A model generated the notes under the pieces. The model was not told where the DNA came from. It was given only the letters and a program-made list of their open reading frames with translations, and did not search any database. A program made the position numbers and the translations under genes. Shown in pieces: positions 9,170-19,279 of a stretch of DNA of 58,133 bases. The number at the start of each line of letters is the position of its first letter. Positions within the stretch are counted from its first letter, which is position 1. Location of the stretch: sequence record SRR20825006_1103. One strand, written 5' to 3'.

Positions 9170-12100
9170 CCCCGCCCTCCCCGTCTTCGGTATCACCTGC
9201 CCACTCGGCACGGCGGGCCAGGAGATTGTAGCCATTGTCGTATTTCACGAATTTCACCCGCGGCGCAGACAGGAATTTCGAGCTGGGTTCGCGATAGGCC
9301 TCAATCAGGCGCAACAGGCCATCTTCAGCCATGGTTGCCATGTCGGCGGGCTCTGTCGGGAGGTTGTGCTTGCCCCCCAGGCTGAATGCATCGGGCTTCG
9401 CCTTGAAGGCCACATAGTGCAACTGGTCAACCCGTGCCGCTGGCACCCCGTCATAGCCACCCTTCTGGGCGATGAGGGCCTGCAAAGGCATTTGCTGGCT
9501 AAGCCCTGTGGCCACTTCCTTGTCGCGCGGCGGACTGCCCGTCTTGAAGTCCACAATGACAAGATCGCCCCGGGCCGTTTGCTCTATCCGGTCAGCGGTC
9601 GCCGACAAAGTGAACGGCTGACCGGCGACGCTGTACTCAATGGAACCCTTGACTTCCTGCTTCAACTTGCCGCCCGACGTATCTCGCTGACTACGCCAGA
9701 CCATGAACCAATCTACTGTACGCCGCCACACGGCCTCACGCGCCGCCCATGCGTCGCCAGGTTCGCCCACACGCAGCAATTCCTGCCTGAGCAGGCCCAT
9801 CAAGTGTTCGGCCGTCTTCGGATTTCCGTCTTCCTCGAACAGCTCTAGCGCCCTATGAATTGCGGTCCCACGCGGCGCAGGGCCGAGTTCATCATTCAGC
9901 GCATCGATTGAGGAGAGGCCCAGCACCTGTTCAGCCCAGAGCGCATATGGATCGCGCTGCAACAGGTCGACGCGTGTGGCGGACAAGCGCGCGGGCCAGC
10001 CTTCTGGGCGCGCGGATGGAGTCGGCTCGGCGCTAAAGTCAGAAAATGTATTGACCCGATTCAGCTTTAGACCTTCCACCAGTTCGATCGGATCAAACGC
10101 CGTGGGGGCGAAATGATCTGTAGCCTGATTTTCCAGCGCGCCTTCTGCGAGCGTCTTGAGCCGCCAGACCCAGCGCGACGCGACTGCCGGCGCATCATTT
10201 CGCCGTGAGGCGTAAACCAGAGTGACATCCGGCGCGCAGGCAAGCTGGGCAAAGTCGTGCGCGGCAAGTCCCATGCGCTCTTCAGGATCACCCAGGCCGA
10301 GGCGCGCACGGAAATGCCGGGGCAGGAACGCGTCCGGCGCCGGGCGCTTTGGCCAAACGTCCTCATTAAGTCCAGCAAGGATCACCCGATCCGCAGACTG
10401 AAGTCGCGCTTCCAGCGGCCCCCAGATTGAGAGTTGCGGATGCTCGGCTTCACCAAAACTGACGGTCATCTGGGACGCCTGCGCATTGACGAGATCGGCG
10501 AGCGCGGCCGGTCGCATCGGTCCCAGGGATTCAGAGACCTCGCGCACGAATTCAAGCAAGCGGCTCGTGGCTGCGCCGTCTTCCCCAGCCCAAGGCATCG
10601 GCGTCTGGCTGACCGATTCCGCCAAGGCTGCGATACGTTGAATTGCGTCGTCGCCGGTTACTTCTTCAATCTGGCTAAGGTCCGCATCGGCATGCTCGAA
10701 CCGGGCAATCAGGGATTCCACAAGCGTGATCCCCCTAATCTGATCATCTGGCCCGAATTGCGGATAAGGCTCGATCATATCTCGAGTGCGAATGCTCTCG
10801 ACCAGTTCCTGAAGGGATTTCCATCGTCGCGGACCTCTCAGGAAATGAAGCTCAAAGTCGGCGAGATCATCGACTGGCGCGGCCAGTTCATGCGTTAGAA
10901 CCGCCACGATCAGGACCGGGTCGCCCGGATCGACCGCCCATTTCGCGCAGAGCCCCACGAAGCTACCGGCCGCCGTGCGTCCAACCGGAATACCGGCCGA
11001 CGGCGGCACACTGATGTCCCAACGCTTCAGCAGGGCGGAAACCCGGCGCGCCAAACCAGCATCCGGCGTCACGAGGGCTGCTGTGCGGTCCTTGGCTTCC
11101 AATGTCTCGCGCATCATCAGGGCGATGGCACTTGCTTCAGCAGACTCGTCCGCAGCCTCTACGAGCGACAGGCCCTCCAGCGCGTCTCTTGCAAAACTTG
11201 GTACATCGGTGCCAGCTGTTGCGGAAAGTTGGTCGAGGGTATCTCGCCAGTCTGCTGTGGCATCGGCGGGCGCGAGCGCCTCCATGATCATGCGACGGCG
11301 CGCGTCGCGCTTGGGGCCAATCTCGATGCCAGGCCATTCAGCCACAGCCCCCGGCTCAATTTCGAGCGCGACCAATGTATTGAGCAACGTATTTTGCGGA
11401 TGTCCGACCTCGGAAAGAATACCGGCACGATGCTCTTCCGAGGCGGCAGAATCGAGCCCGGGCAAAACGATAAGCCCCATCGGCAATTGCAGCGCGGCTT
11501 TCATCAACACGCGCCCGGCAGGCGTCGCCCCGGTCGAGCCGGCAATGATGACCGGTGCCTCGGGTGGATGCGCCAGCCAAGCCTCTGCGGTCGCTTCCGC
11601 AGCCAGCAATCTCCGTTGAAGGGGGTCGGTGACGCCCTGCTCTTCAAGCCATTTCGGCCAGGCATCGGTTATGATTTCGAGGAATTTGGCCGAGTTCTCC
11701 CAATGCTGGGCAAGGTCGGCGTCTTTCGCCAGATCTGCCAGCCCACTCCAGTCAGCCCCGGGGCTGAGATGAGCCTGGTCCAGCAATCGCGCCAGCTCGT
11801 TCGCGGCTGCAAGCGCCGACGATGGCGGAACATCCATGCCGGAACTCTCGCGATAATAGGCCTGCACAAGAGAGGCCAATGTTCCGAGCCGCTTGGCAGG
11901 CGCCAGTGCTGGGGGCAAATCGGTTACTGAAAACTCGGCGACAGGCGGGGCCTCGTCGCTTTCGAGATCGCCCATCGCCCGGATGTCTGGCGACAGGATC
12001 GGGGTTTCGTTCGCGGCGAGGAAAAGGGCGGCAGACAATTCCCGCGCAGACCGGCGGTTTGGAACATAAATGGTGGCGTCCGCCAACGCATCCGGGATGT

Positions 12101-12218
12101 TTTGCAAATCCACCGCGCGAGCCAGCTCCGCTGCGAGGCATTTCAGGAAGTTTTCGCCCGGCGGGATGGACCAGACTTTTGGCGCGCCTACGCCAAACAG
12201 GGCAGGATCACGCGCCAT
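9162..12218 (-). CDS. addB: Double-strand break repair protein AddB
   Basis: VPNRRSAR, IIAGSTG, ALVTPD and GPLEARL motifs, plus C-terminal nuclease ADRIE...DFKTG. Lies directly upstream of addA. Confidence 0.93.
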   Translation of the reverse strand: MARDPALFGVGAPKVWSIPPGENFLKCLAAELARAVDLQNIPDALADATIYVPNRRSARELSAALFLAANETPILSPDIRAMGDLESDEAPPVAEFSVTDLPPALAPAKRLGTLASLVQAYYRESSGMDVPPSSALAAANELARLLDQAHLSPGADWSGLADLAKDADLAQHWENSAKFLEIITDAWPKWLEEQGVTDPLQRRLLAAEATAEAWLAHPPEAPVIIAGSTGATPAGRVLMKAALQLPMGLIVLPGLDSAASEEHRAGILSEVGHPQNTLLNTLVALEIEPGAVAEWPGIEIGPKRDARRRMIMEALAPADATADWRDTLDQLSATAGTDVPSFARDALEGLSLVEAADESAEASAIALMMRETLEAKDRTAALVTPDAGLARRVSALLKRWDISVPPSAGIPVGRTAAGSFVGLCAKWAVDPGDPVLIVAVLTHELAAPVDDLADFELHFLRGPRRWKSLQELVESIRTRDMIEPYPQFGPDDQIRGITLVESLIARFEHADADLSQIEEVTGDDAIQRIAALAESVSQTPMPWAGEDGAATSRLLEFVREVSESLGPMRPAALADLVNAQASQMTVSFGEAEHPQLSIWGPLEARLQSADRVILAGLNEDVWPKRPAPDAFLPRHFRARLGLGDPEERMGLAAHDFAQLACAPDVTLVYASRRNDAPAVASRWVWRLKTLAEGALENQATDHFAPTAFDPIELVEGLKLNRVNTFSDFSAEPTPSARPEGWPARLSATRVDLLQRDPYALWAEQVLGLSSIDALNDELGPAPRGTAIHRALELFEEDGNPKTAEHLMGLLRQELLRVGEPGDAWAAREAVWRRTVDWFMVWRSQRDTSGGKLKQEVKGSIEYSVAGQPFTLSATADRIEQTARGDLVIVDFKTGSPPRDKEVATGLSQQMPLQALIAQKGGYDGVPAARVDQLHYVAFKAKPDAFSLGGKHNLPTEPADMATMAEDGLLRLIEAYREPSSKFLSAPRVKFVKYDNGYNLLARRAEWAGDTEDGEGGDA

Positions 12219-12936
12219 GGCAGCGCAACCACATTTCGGCATCTTTCAGGGCGTCCGGATCGCCCACATGCAGCCAGAAATCATCCAGTGGCAGACCATG
12301 CAGCCGTCCGGATTCGACAAGCGGCCCCCAAATTCGCCAAGCAACCGAGAAGCGCTCCACGGCGAGGCCTGAGAATGCTTGCGGTTTGAGGATGCGTACT
12401 CCCGCATAGGCCCATGGGGCAGACGGGTTTTCGCCCCGTCGCTTGAGGCTGCCATCCTCGGCACGGAGAAAGTCTCCGGCGCCCCCATACCCCAGGCTGC
12501 GCTGCGTATCCGCGAGAAGGAGGATCTCGTCCATCTGCGCTGGGTCAAATGCGCTGGCCAGATCGAGGAAAGGTCTCGGATCACCCTTACCCCAGAACGC
12601 ATCTGTATTGACCACGAAGACGGGATCATCGCCAAGCATCGGCGCGGCTTTCACCAGCGCGCCGCCTGTTTCAAGCACTTCGCCACGTTCGTCCGACACA
12701 ATCAGGTCCACACCCTTGATGCCCGAAACATGATCCTCGACCTGATCGGCGAGCCAATGGACATTGACGACGATCCGCTGAACGCCCGCTTCGATCAGTG
12801 GGTCGATCATCCGGTCCATCAGACGCTTGCCACCAACCTCTATCAGGGGCTTCGGACATGTGTCCGTCAGCGGCCGCATCCGGGTACCGAGCCCGGCAGC
12901 CAGCACCATCGCCGTATGCGGAATATTTGATGACAT
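12208..12936 (-). CDS. murU: N-acetylmuramate alpha-1-phosphate uridylyltransferase (nucleotidyltransferase)
   Basis: MVLAAGLGTRMRPLTDTCPKPL and LETGG motifs. Follows the amgK-like kinase. Confidence 0.85.
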   Translation of the reverse strand: MSSNIPHTAMVLAAGLGTRMRPLTDTCPKPLIEVGGKRLMDRMIDPLIEAGVQRIVVNVHWLADQVEDHVSGIKGVDLIVSDERGEVLETGGALVKAAPMLGDDPVFVVNTDAFWGKGDPRPFLDLASAFDPAQMDEILLLADTQRSLGYGGAGDFLRAEDGSLKRRGENPSAPWAYAGVRILKPQAFSGLAVERFSVAWRIWGPLVESGRLHGLPLDDFWLHVGDPDALKDAEMWLRCHGA

Positions 12937-14027
12937 CAGCTTTCCTTGAACACGAAGGGGGTCGTCTCCCGCACGAAGGCCGCCATGGGCTCCAGTGCGG
13001 GGTGGGACAGATTGCGGGCCAGCAGTTTCAGTTGGCGCGGTTGGAATGTGCCATACCGGGCCTTGCCATCACGATGCTGCAACCGGGAGAACACACCAGC
13101 GATACGCAGCGCGTTGAGAGCCCCAATCACGGCGAGCCGCTCGTCAAAGGCCTCGCGCGTCTTGCCGGTCTGGTCGAGATAGTGCCGGATCGCGGCTTCG
13201 GACGCCTCATGCGAAACGTCCCGTCGCGCGTCCTGGGTCAGCATGGCCATATCCCACGCATCCCAGCCCTTCACCGCGTCCTGAAAATCGAGCAGCGCGA
13301 TGCGGTCGTCGCCCAACCAGAGCAGGTTTTCTGCATGATAGTCACGCAGAGTGAACACTCGCGGGAACGACATTGCCTGTTCGATCAGGGCATCACGTTC
13401 GGACTCCCACCTAACGCGGGCAAGTCCAGTCAGCGCACCGCCACCCGCCTCCACTGGCAACCAGTCCGCATACAGGTCAGCATTCGAGGACAATGCGAGG
13501 TGGTCAAAATCGAGAATCGGCCATTGCTCGGACCCATAGATCACAGCCTCGGGGATCGGTTGCTGATGAAGTTTTGCCAACATGCCAGCGGCCAGCATGT
13601 AGGCGGGCACTTCCAAAGCTGGATCCTGCTCGATCTGCCGAGCCAATTCCCTACCGTCGCCGTAATCCTGCAGAATAGCCAACCCGGCTTCAGTATCATG
13701 CGCAAATATCTCCGGCGCCTCAAAACCGAGTAATCTGAGATGGTGCGCAATCAGGACGAAGGCGTCGACACGAGAGGCCGCCAAACGCGTCTGTGCATTC
13801 CAGCCCATCGCGTTGCGCGTGGCATCATCGGCATCCGGTGGGCATGGGTCGGCTTCGATGCGTGGGGCATCCATCAGCATCGCCGCCGAACCATCAGCGC
13901 GCACCATCCGAACATACCGGCGCGTGGATGCGTCTTGTCCCAATGGCTTGAGGTCTGCACCACCCCATCCATGACGCGCAAGAAAATCGGCGATCAGCGC
14001 GTCGCGGGAATTAGAATTGAAATTCAT
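12936..14027 (-). CDS. amgK: Anomeric MurNAc/GlcNAc kinase (APH-family phosphotransferase)
   Basis: DASTRRYVR, LRDYHAENL and LLDFQDA motifs. Sits between tsaE and murU. Confidence 0.85.
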   Translation of the reverse strand: MNFNSNSRDALIADFLARHGWGGADLKPLGQDASTRRYVRMVRADGSAAMLMDAPRIEADPCPPDADDATRNAMGWNAQTRLAASRVDAFVLIAHHLRLLGFEAPEIFAHDTEAGLAILQDYGDGRELARQIEQDPALEVPAYMLAAGMLAKLHQQPIPEAVIYGSEQWPILDFDHLALSSNADLYADWLPVEAGGGALTGLARVRWESERDALIEQAMSFPRVFTLRDYHAENLLWLGDDRIALLDFQDAVKGWDAWDMAMLTQDARRDVSHEASEAAIRHYLDQTGKTREAFDERLAVIGALNALRIAGVFSRLQHRDGKARYGTFQPRQLKLLARNLSHPALEPMAAFVRETTPFVFKES

Positions 14028-14472
14028 TGCAGCGCGCCCGCCAATCTTCGCCATGGGGTTCCAGGGATACGAGCCGATGTTCGCCTTCAAAGTCAAAGAC
14101 GATATCCAGCCGCCACGCAGGAAGGTGCTTTCCCGCTTTCTCCGGCCACTCGACAATCGCTACGCCTTCCGGCGTCTCGTCCCACCCAATCTCAGCCATC
14201 TCGTCAGGCGATCCCAGCCGATAGAGGTCAAAATGCCAGACGGGAAAATCCGGAGCCTCGTAGGCTTGGACCAGAGTATATGTCGGGCTCGGCACTTCCT
14301 GAATGTCCGGTATGAGCGCCCGGACCAGCCCTCGCGTAAATGTCGTCTTCCCGACACCCAGTCCGCCATGCAAGGCAATCACGTCGCCCGGTTTCAGCAA
14401 GGGGGCGATCGCATTGCCGAATGCGAGCGTGTGAGCCTCATTGTCGAGTCGGTAGGTCAATTTCATCATCAT
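14011..14472 (-). CDS. tsaE: tRNA threonylcarbamoyladenosine biosynthesis ATPase
   Basis: GGLGVGKTT, VPSPTYTLVQ, HFDLYRL and IVEWPE motifs. The exact start among consecutive ATGs is uncertain. Confidence 0.93.
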   Translation of the reverse strand: MMMKLTYRLDNEAHTLAFGNAIAPLLKPGDVIALHGGLGVGKTTFTRGLVRALIPDIQEVPSPTYTLVQAYEAPDFPVWHFDLYRLGSPDEMAEIGWDETPEGVAIVEWPEKAGKHLPAWRLDIVFDFEGEHRLVSLEPHGEDWRARCNEFQF

Positions 14473-14629
14473 GTGCATATAAAAGACTGACCTCACACAC
14501 CATCGTTTCCTGACCAAATTGCGGCAAAACGCGTGGTGACATGCCTTGCAGTAGCAGGCAGACTGGCCTAGAACATTAAAAATGACGCAGGCGTCACGAA
14601 TTGACCCTACGTAGACCGGGAATAGCACA

Positions 14630-15877
14630 TTGGATTTGACAGACGCAAAACGCATTGTGGTGCTTGGGGCTGGGCAAGCTGCGGCGCAAGCAATTCAATC
14701 CCTGCGTATGGGTGGCTATACGGGCGAATTGACATTGGTCGGTGAAGAACCGGCACTGCCCTACCAGCGCCCACCATTGTCAAAAGCCTATATGAAGGGG
14801 GAGTTCGCCGAGGAGCGCCTCTACTTCAAACCAGCCGCCTGGTACGAAGACAACAATGTGGAATTGATCCTTTCGACACGTGCAACCAGCATCGACCGGG
14901 CGGAACGCAGAGTGGATCTCGAACATGGTGGCCACCTCGAATATGACGCGCTGATCATCGCGACGGGTTCGCGCCCTCGCGCCCTGCCGATCGACGGTGC
15001 AGAGCTTGAGCATGTCTACGCGCTGCGCGGTCTTGCCGATGTCGAGCGGATCCGGCCGCAAATGGTGGCCGGACGCTCCATGGTGATTATCGGAGCTGGT
15101 TATATCGGTCTTGAAGCAGCGGCCGTCGCCCAGCAAATGGGTCTGAAAACGACCGTTCTGGAAATGGCACCACGTGTTCTAGCCAGAGTTACAAGCCCGG
15201 TCATGAGCGAGTTCTATGAGGCTGAGCATCGCCGCCAGGGCGTTGAGATTCGCACAGAGACGAGCCTGTCGAAGCTTGAAGGGAATGATGGCGCGGTGAC
15301 CGCTGCCGTGCTCACCGATGGGACCAAACTCGATGCGGACATTGTTCTGGTCGGCATCGGTATCCTGCCAAACGAAGCACTCGCCAAAGATTCCGGAATT
15401 GCCTGCAATAACGGCATTCTTGTTGATCGCGATGCGCGCACATCCGACCCACGAATCTTTGCCGCAGGCGATTGCGCCAGTCGGCCGCTGGTGCATTTTG
15501 GTCGCTCTGGCCGGCTTGAAAGCGTCCACAATGCCATCGAGCAGGGCAAGCTCGCTGCCGCCGCCATTCTTGGCAAACCGCGACCGAATGAAGATTGCCC
15601 TTGGTTCTGGTCAGACCAGTACGACCTCAAGCTCCAGATCGCCGGGCTCGGCGCCGGGTATGACGAGATCGTCGTGAGGGGTTCACCGGAGGATCGAAAG
15701 TTTGCGGCCTTCTACCTGAAGAACGGAACGCTCATCGCAGTGGATGCGATCAACAGTCCGCCCGAATTCCTCGCATCCAAGAAGCTCATCATGTCAGGCG
15801 CCAAGCTTTCGGCTGACATTCTTGCAGACACATCAATAACAATGAAAGAGATTGCCACTAACGCAGTGGCAGCTTGA
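14630..15877 (+). CDS. Ferredoxin reductase (putidaredoxin reductase-like FAD/NADH oxidoreductase)
   Basis: [29 protein letters not shown] and PWFWSDQY motifs. TTG start. Confidence 0.9.
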   Translation: MDLTDAKRIVVLGAGQAAAQAIQSLRMGGYTGELTLVGEEPALPYQRPPLSKAYMKGEFAEERLYFKPAAWYEDNNVELILSTRATSIDRAERRVDLEHGGHLEYDALIIATGSRPRALPIDGAELEHVYALRGLADVERIRPQMVAGRSMVIIGAGYIGLEAAAVAQQMGLKTTVLEMAPRVLARVTSPVMSEFYEAEHRRQGVEIRTETSLSKLEGNDGAVTAAVLTDGTKLDADIVLVGIGILPNEALAKDSGIACNNGILVDRDARTSDPRIFAAGDCASRPLVHFGRSGRLESVHNAIEQGKLAAAAILGKPRPNEDCPWFWSDQYDLKLQIAGLGAGYDEIVVRGSPEDRKFAAFYLKNGTLIAVDAINSPPEFLASKKLIMSGAKLSADILADTSITMKEIATNAVAA

Positions 15878-15894
15878 AGGAGAGAAACCCGCAC

Positions 15895-16215
15895 ATGGCG
15901 AAAATTACCTATATCGACCACGACGGCACCGAGCGCGTTGTGGAGGCCCAGAACGGCGAGACCGTGATGGAAGCTGCTATCAAGAACTCCATTCCGGGCA
16001 TTGATGCCGATTGCGGCGGCGCCTGCGCGTGTGCCACATGCCATGTATATGTCGACCAGGCCTTCATGGACAAAGTTGGAGAGCAGGAAGAAATGGAAAA
16101 ATCCATGCTGGATTTCGCTGAAAATGTTCAGGAAAATTCCCGCCTGTCTTGCCAGATCACCGTTTCGGAAGATCTGGATGGCTTGAAAGTCACGACACCG
16201 GAGAGCCAGCACTAG
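15895..16215 (+). CDS. [2Fe-2S] ferredoxin, adrenodoxin/putidaredoxin type
   Basis: [13 protein letters not shown]...SRLSCQ motif, with AGGAG upstream. Confidence 0.95.
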   Translation: MAKITYIDHDGTERVVEAQNGETVMEAAIKNSIPGIDADCGGACACATCHVYVDQAFMDKVGEQEEMEKSMLDFAENVQENSRLSCQITVSEDLDGLKVTTPESQH

Positions 16216-16237
16216 GCTGCGCCCTATCGAAAACATT

Positions 16238-16270
16238 GAGCGTCCCGGTGATATGCCGGGGCGCTTTTTT
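16238..16270 (+). terminator. Rho-independent terminator after ferredoxin
   Basis: GAGCGTCCCGG-loop-CCGGGGCGCT stem followed by a T run. Confidence 0.8.
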
Positions 16271-16348
16271 GTTCGCATACCCCGGCGTCAAGAGTTGGTT
16301 CCTTTCCAGAACTGACTAAATTGGCGCTCTGTAGTCAGGGAGAGACTG

Positions 16349-17137
16349 ATGGATTTCACCACCCTCATGCGCAGCGGCAAACAGACCGGCGACCATGCCA
16401 TGTCTTTTCATGTGCCGGAGACCTGGATGCAAGGCCGCACAACCTATGGGGGGCTGACTGCGGCGCTGTGCCTGCAGGCCGCGATGCCGACCTCTGGCGG
16501 GCGTCAGATCCGGTCTGCGCAAGTGGCATTTGTCGGGCCTGTGTCGGGTGACGTCGAATGCACCGCCACCCTGCTGCGCGAAGGCAAGAATACCGTCTTT
16601 ACGAGCGTGCGCATGATGGGCGAAGCAGGCGTTGCTGCCGAGGCGATCTTTGCCTTTGGGGCACACCGTGAGTCATCCCTCAATTTTGCAAACCTTCCTG
16701 CGCCTGAAGTTACCTCCCCGGACGAGACCGCATCTTTCTTCGGAGAGTCGCCGAGGCGCCCTGCCTTCACCCGCAACTTCAACATGCGGCTGGCGAATGG
16801 AAGCCCCCCGATGTCGGGTGCGCCAGACGCAGACATGTCTCTCTGGATGCGGCACAAGGATGGCTCGGTTCCGCCGGACGCGGTTTCCGTCCTGGCACTC
16901 GCAGACGCACCACCGCCTGCGGCAATGTCGATGCTGACAGGACAGGCCCGTATCAGCTCCATGACATGGATGGCAGAATTCCTGACAGATGACATTCGGA
17001 CGAACGAGGGGTGGTTCCTGGCCCGGCATGTCGCCGATACGTCAAAGGATGGCTATAACAGCCAAGCCATGACGTTGTGGAATACATCAGGCCAACCGAT
17101 CATGATCGGCCGACAGACCATCGCCGTGTTCGCCTGA
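16349..17137 (+). CDS. Acyl-CoA thioesterase (double hotdog, TesB-like)
   Basis: WMQGRTTYGG, LALADAPPP and SSMTW motifs. Confidence 0.85.
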   Translation: MDFTTLMRSGKQTGDHAMSFHVPETWMQGRTTYGGLTAALCLQAAMPTSGGRQIRSAQVAFVGPVSGDVECTATLLREGKNTVFTSVRMMGEAGVAAEAIFAFGAHRESSLNFANLPAPEVTSPDETASFFGESPRRPAFTRNFNMRLANGSPPMSGAPDADMSLWMRHKDGSVPPDAVSVLALADAPPPAAMSMLTGQARISSMTWMAEFLTDDIRTNEGWFLARHVADTSKDGYNSQAMTLWNTSGQPIMIGRQTIAVFA

Positions 17138-17138
17138 A

Positions 17139-18032
17139 CTAGTTTTCAGGCTCCGGCTCTTCAGTATCATTCACGATCGGCCCCGGCTCGAGCACTTTCA
17201 TGAGTGATGCTGGCACCTGGCCTGCTGGACAGGCTTCCTGAAGGACATAAGCATTTCCGACACCCGGTGCACCGGCATAGACCGGAGCGGTGATCGTCTG
17301 AGAGCGGAAAATCCAGCTCAGGAAAAACATTGCGAACACGGCTGCGCCAACTGCGGCAATCGTGCCCCATCCCATGCCCAATGGATCTGAAGTGGCAGGC
17401 GCCGCTGAGCTTGTTGGGCGTTGGCCTGGACCGGAACTTGCGACATGCGGTTTGACGGAAGCCTTTGCCAAGGCGGCTGCGCTGGCCGTCTCGGCCGCTG
17501 GCGCAGGCTTGATACCCATCGCCTTCTCACGCTTCTTCTTTGCATCAATAGCAAGCGGGTCGTCCGGATGAGCCGTGAGCCAGTCTTCCCGCGCTTCTTC
17601 ATCCTTCGAGCCATACCCCATCCACTCTCGAAGGTCGGAGCGCCCATCGCGCTGGCCGAGCTCTTCGATCAGTTTGTAAAAGCCTTCAGGAGTCTTGCGC
17701 GACGTCATGCCCTCAATCGAGAAACGTTTGTCGCTTTTGAACGGCTCGTAAGGGATCGTCTTGTCGACGCTGACCTGGGCCAACATGCCAGGCCGCGAAT
17801 GCCCGACAGAAGCCGCCGCACGCACCCAGTCGCTCTTCACTGCATGTTCGGACCACATGACAAGCATATGCTTGGAATTGCCCGCATTGCGTGCATCCTT
17901 GGCATCGAACGTATTGTCCACCTGCTTTTGATCGAACCAGACCTTGAACTTCAGCGAACGCAGCCGACGTGCGACCAACTTCGCTATGTCGCGATCTTCG
18001 ATCGCCGATACCAGGAAAACATCGTACGCCAT
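17139..18032 (-). CDS. Membrane-anchored TIR-domain protein
   Basis: N-terminal YDVFLVS...VWFD...LVMWSEHAVKSDWV (TIR_2-like), Ala/Pro-rich linker, one TM helix (GTIAAVGAAVFAMFFLSWIF). GAGG RBS upstream of MAYDVF. Confidence 0.75.
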   Translation of the reverse strand: MAYDVFLVSAIEDRDIAKLVARRLRSLKFKVWFDQKQVDNTFDAKDARNAGNSKHMLVMWSEHAVKSDWVRAAASVGHSRPGMLAQVSVDKTIPYEPFKSDKRFSIEGMTSRKTPEGFYKLIEELGQRDGRSDLREWMGYGSKDEEAREDWLTAHPDDPLAIDAKKKREKAMGIKPAPAAETASAAALAKASVKPHVASSGPGQRPTSSAAPATSDPLGMGWGTIAAVGAAVFAMFFLSWIFRSQTITAPVYAGAPGVGNAYVLQEACPAGQVPASLMKVLEPGPIVNDTEEPEPEN

Positions 18033-18180
18033 ATGCGCGCTACCTCTTGAAGTAATGAGCCAAGCATACCCATAGACCCTTAATATTCCACCCAATTCCG
18101 CTATCAGGCGATATTTCCGTCTGTTTTTCGGCTGTGAATACGGCTATTTGCGCGGCGAACCAGTTACTCAGGAGACCGGT

Positions 18181-19278
18181 ATGGGCTTCAAATGCGGCAT
18201 CGTAGGCCTTCCCAATGTGGGCAAGTCCACACTCTTCAATGCGCTCACTCAGACGGCCACAGCGCAAGCGGCCAACTATCCATTCTGCACGATTGAGCCA
18301 AATGTTGGCGAAGTCGCCGTACCAGAGCCCAGGCTGGAGAAGCTCGCCGAAGTCGGTGGCTCGAAGGAGATCATCCCGGCGCGCATGAACTTCGTGGACA
18401 TTGCGGGTCTCGTAGAGGGCGCCTCCCAAGGTGAAGGCCTTGGCAACAAATTCCTCGCCAATATCCGTGAGACAGACGCGATCATCTATGTCCTTCGCTG
18501 TTTTGAGAATGACGATATCACGCATGTCAGCGGGAAGGTCGACCCGATTGCCGACTTCGAAGTCGTCGAGACCGAACTCATGCTGGCTGACATGGAAAGC
18601 CTTGAAAAGCGCAAGGCCGGCGTCGTGAAAAAGGCCAATTCCGGTGACAAGGAAGCCAAGGCTCAGGTCGCTTTGATTGATCTCGCACTTGCCGAGCTGA
18701 ACGAAGGTCGCCCAGCCCGACGCGCTGTTGTCTCGAAAGACGACACAAAAGCGTGGAACATGCTGCAGCTCTTGACCTCAAAACCGGTTCTGTTCGTCGC
18801 GAACGTTGATGAGGACAGTGCCGCAACAGGTAACGAATATTCCAGTCGTGTCGAGGCCCGCGCGACTGAAGAAGGCGCTGCGTGCGTTGTGATTTCAGCT
18901 CAAATTGAAGCCGAGCTCGCCCTGTTGGATGAGCCGGACCGCAGCGAATATCTTGAGACGCTCGGACTGGAAGAGCCGGGCCTGACCCGTCTGATCCATA
19001 CCGGATACGACCTTCTCGACCTGCAGACCTATTTCACGGTCGGACCGAAGGAATCCCGCGCATGGACCATCCGGAAAGGTTGGAGTGCTCCCAAGGCTGC
19101 CGGGGTTATCCATGGTGACTTTGAGAAAGGCTTTATCCGCGCCGAAACCGTTGCCTACGAGGACTATGTCGAGCATGGCGGCGAAGCAGGCGCGAAAGAA
19201 GCCGGCAAGATGCGGTCAGAAGGCAAGGATTACATAGTCCAGGATGGCGATGTGATGCTGTTTCGCTTCAACGTCTAG
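18181..19278 (+). CDS. ychF: Ribosome-binding ATPase YchF
   Basis: [38 protein letters not shown] and a C-terminal TGS domain. Confidence 0.97.
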   Translation: MGFKCGIVGLPNVGKSTLFNALTQTATAQAANYPFCTIEPNVGEVAVPEPRLEKLAEVGGSKEIIPARMNFVDIAGLVEGASQGEGLGNKFLANIRETDAIIYVLRCFENDDITHVSGKVDPIADFEVVETELMLADMESLEKRKAGVVKKANSGDKEAKAQVALIDLALAELNEGRPARRAVVSKDDTKAWNMLQLLTSKPVLFVANVDEDSAATGNEYSSRVEARATEEGAACVVISAQIEAELALLDEPDRSEYLETLGLEEPGLTRLIHTGYDLLDLQTYFTVGPKESRAWTIRKGWSAPKAAGVIHGDFEKGFIRAETVAYEDYVEHGGEAGAKEAGKMRSEGKDYIVQDGDVMLFRFNV

Positions 19279-19279
19279 G

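Noticed and set aside
16312-16338. CTGACTA/TAGTCAG inverted repeat before the thioesterase RBS
   Set aside because: Only 7 bp with a 13-nt spacer and no second copy. Too weak to call regulatory.
17139-18032. Thoeris or other TIR anti-phage system
   Set aside because: No ThsA/SIR2/Macro, STING or other effector gene is adjacent, and the catalytic Glu is absent.
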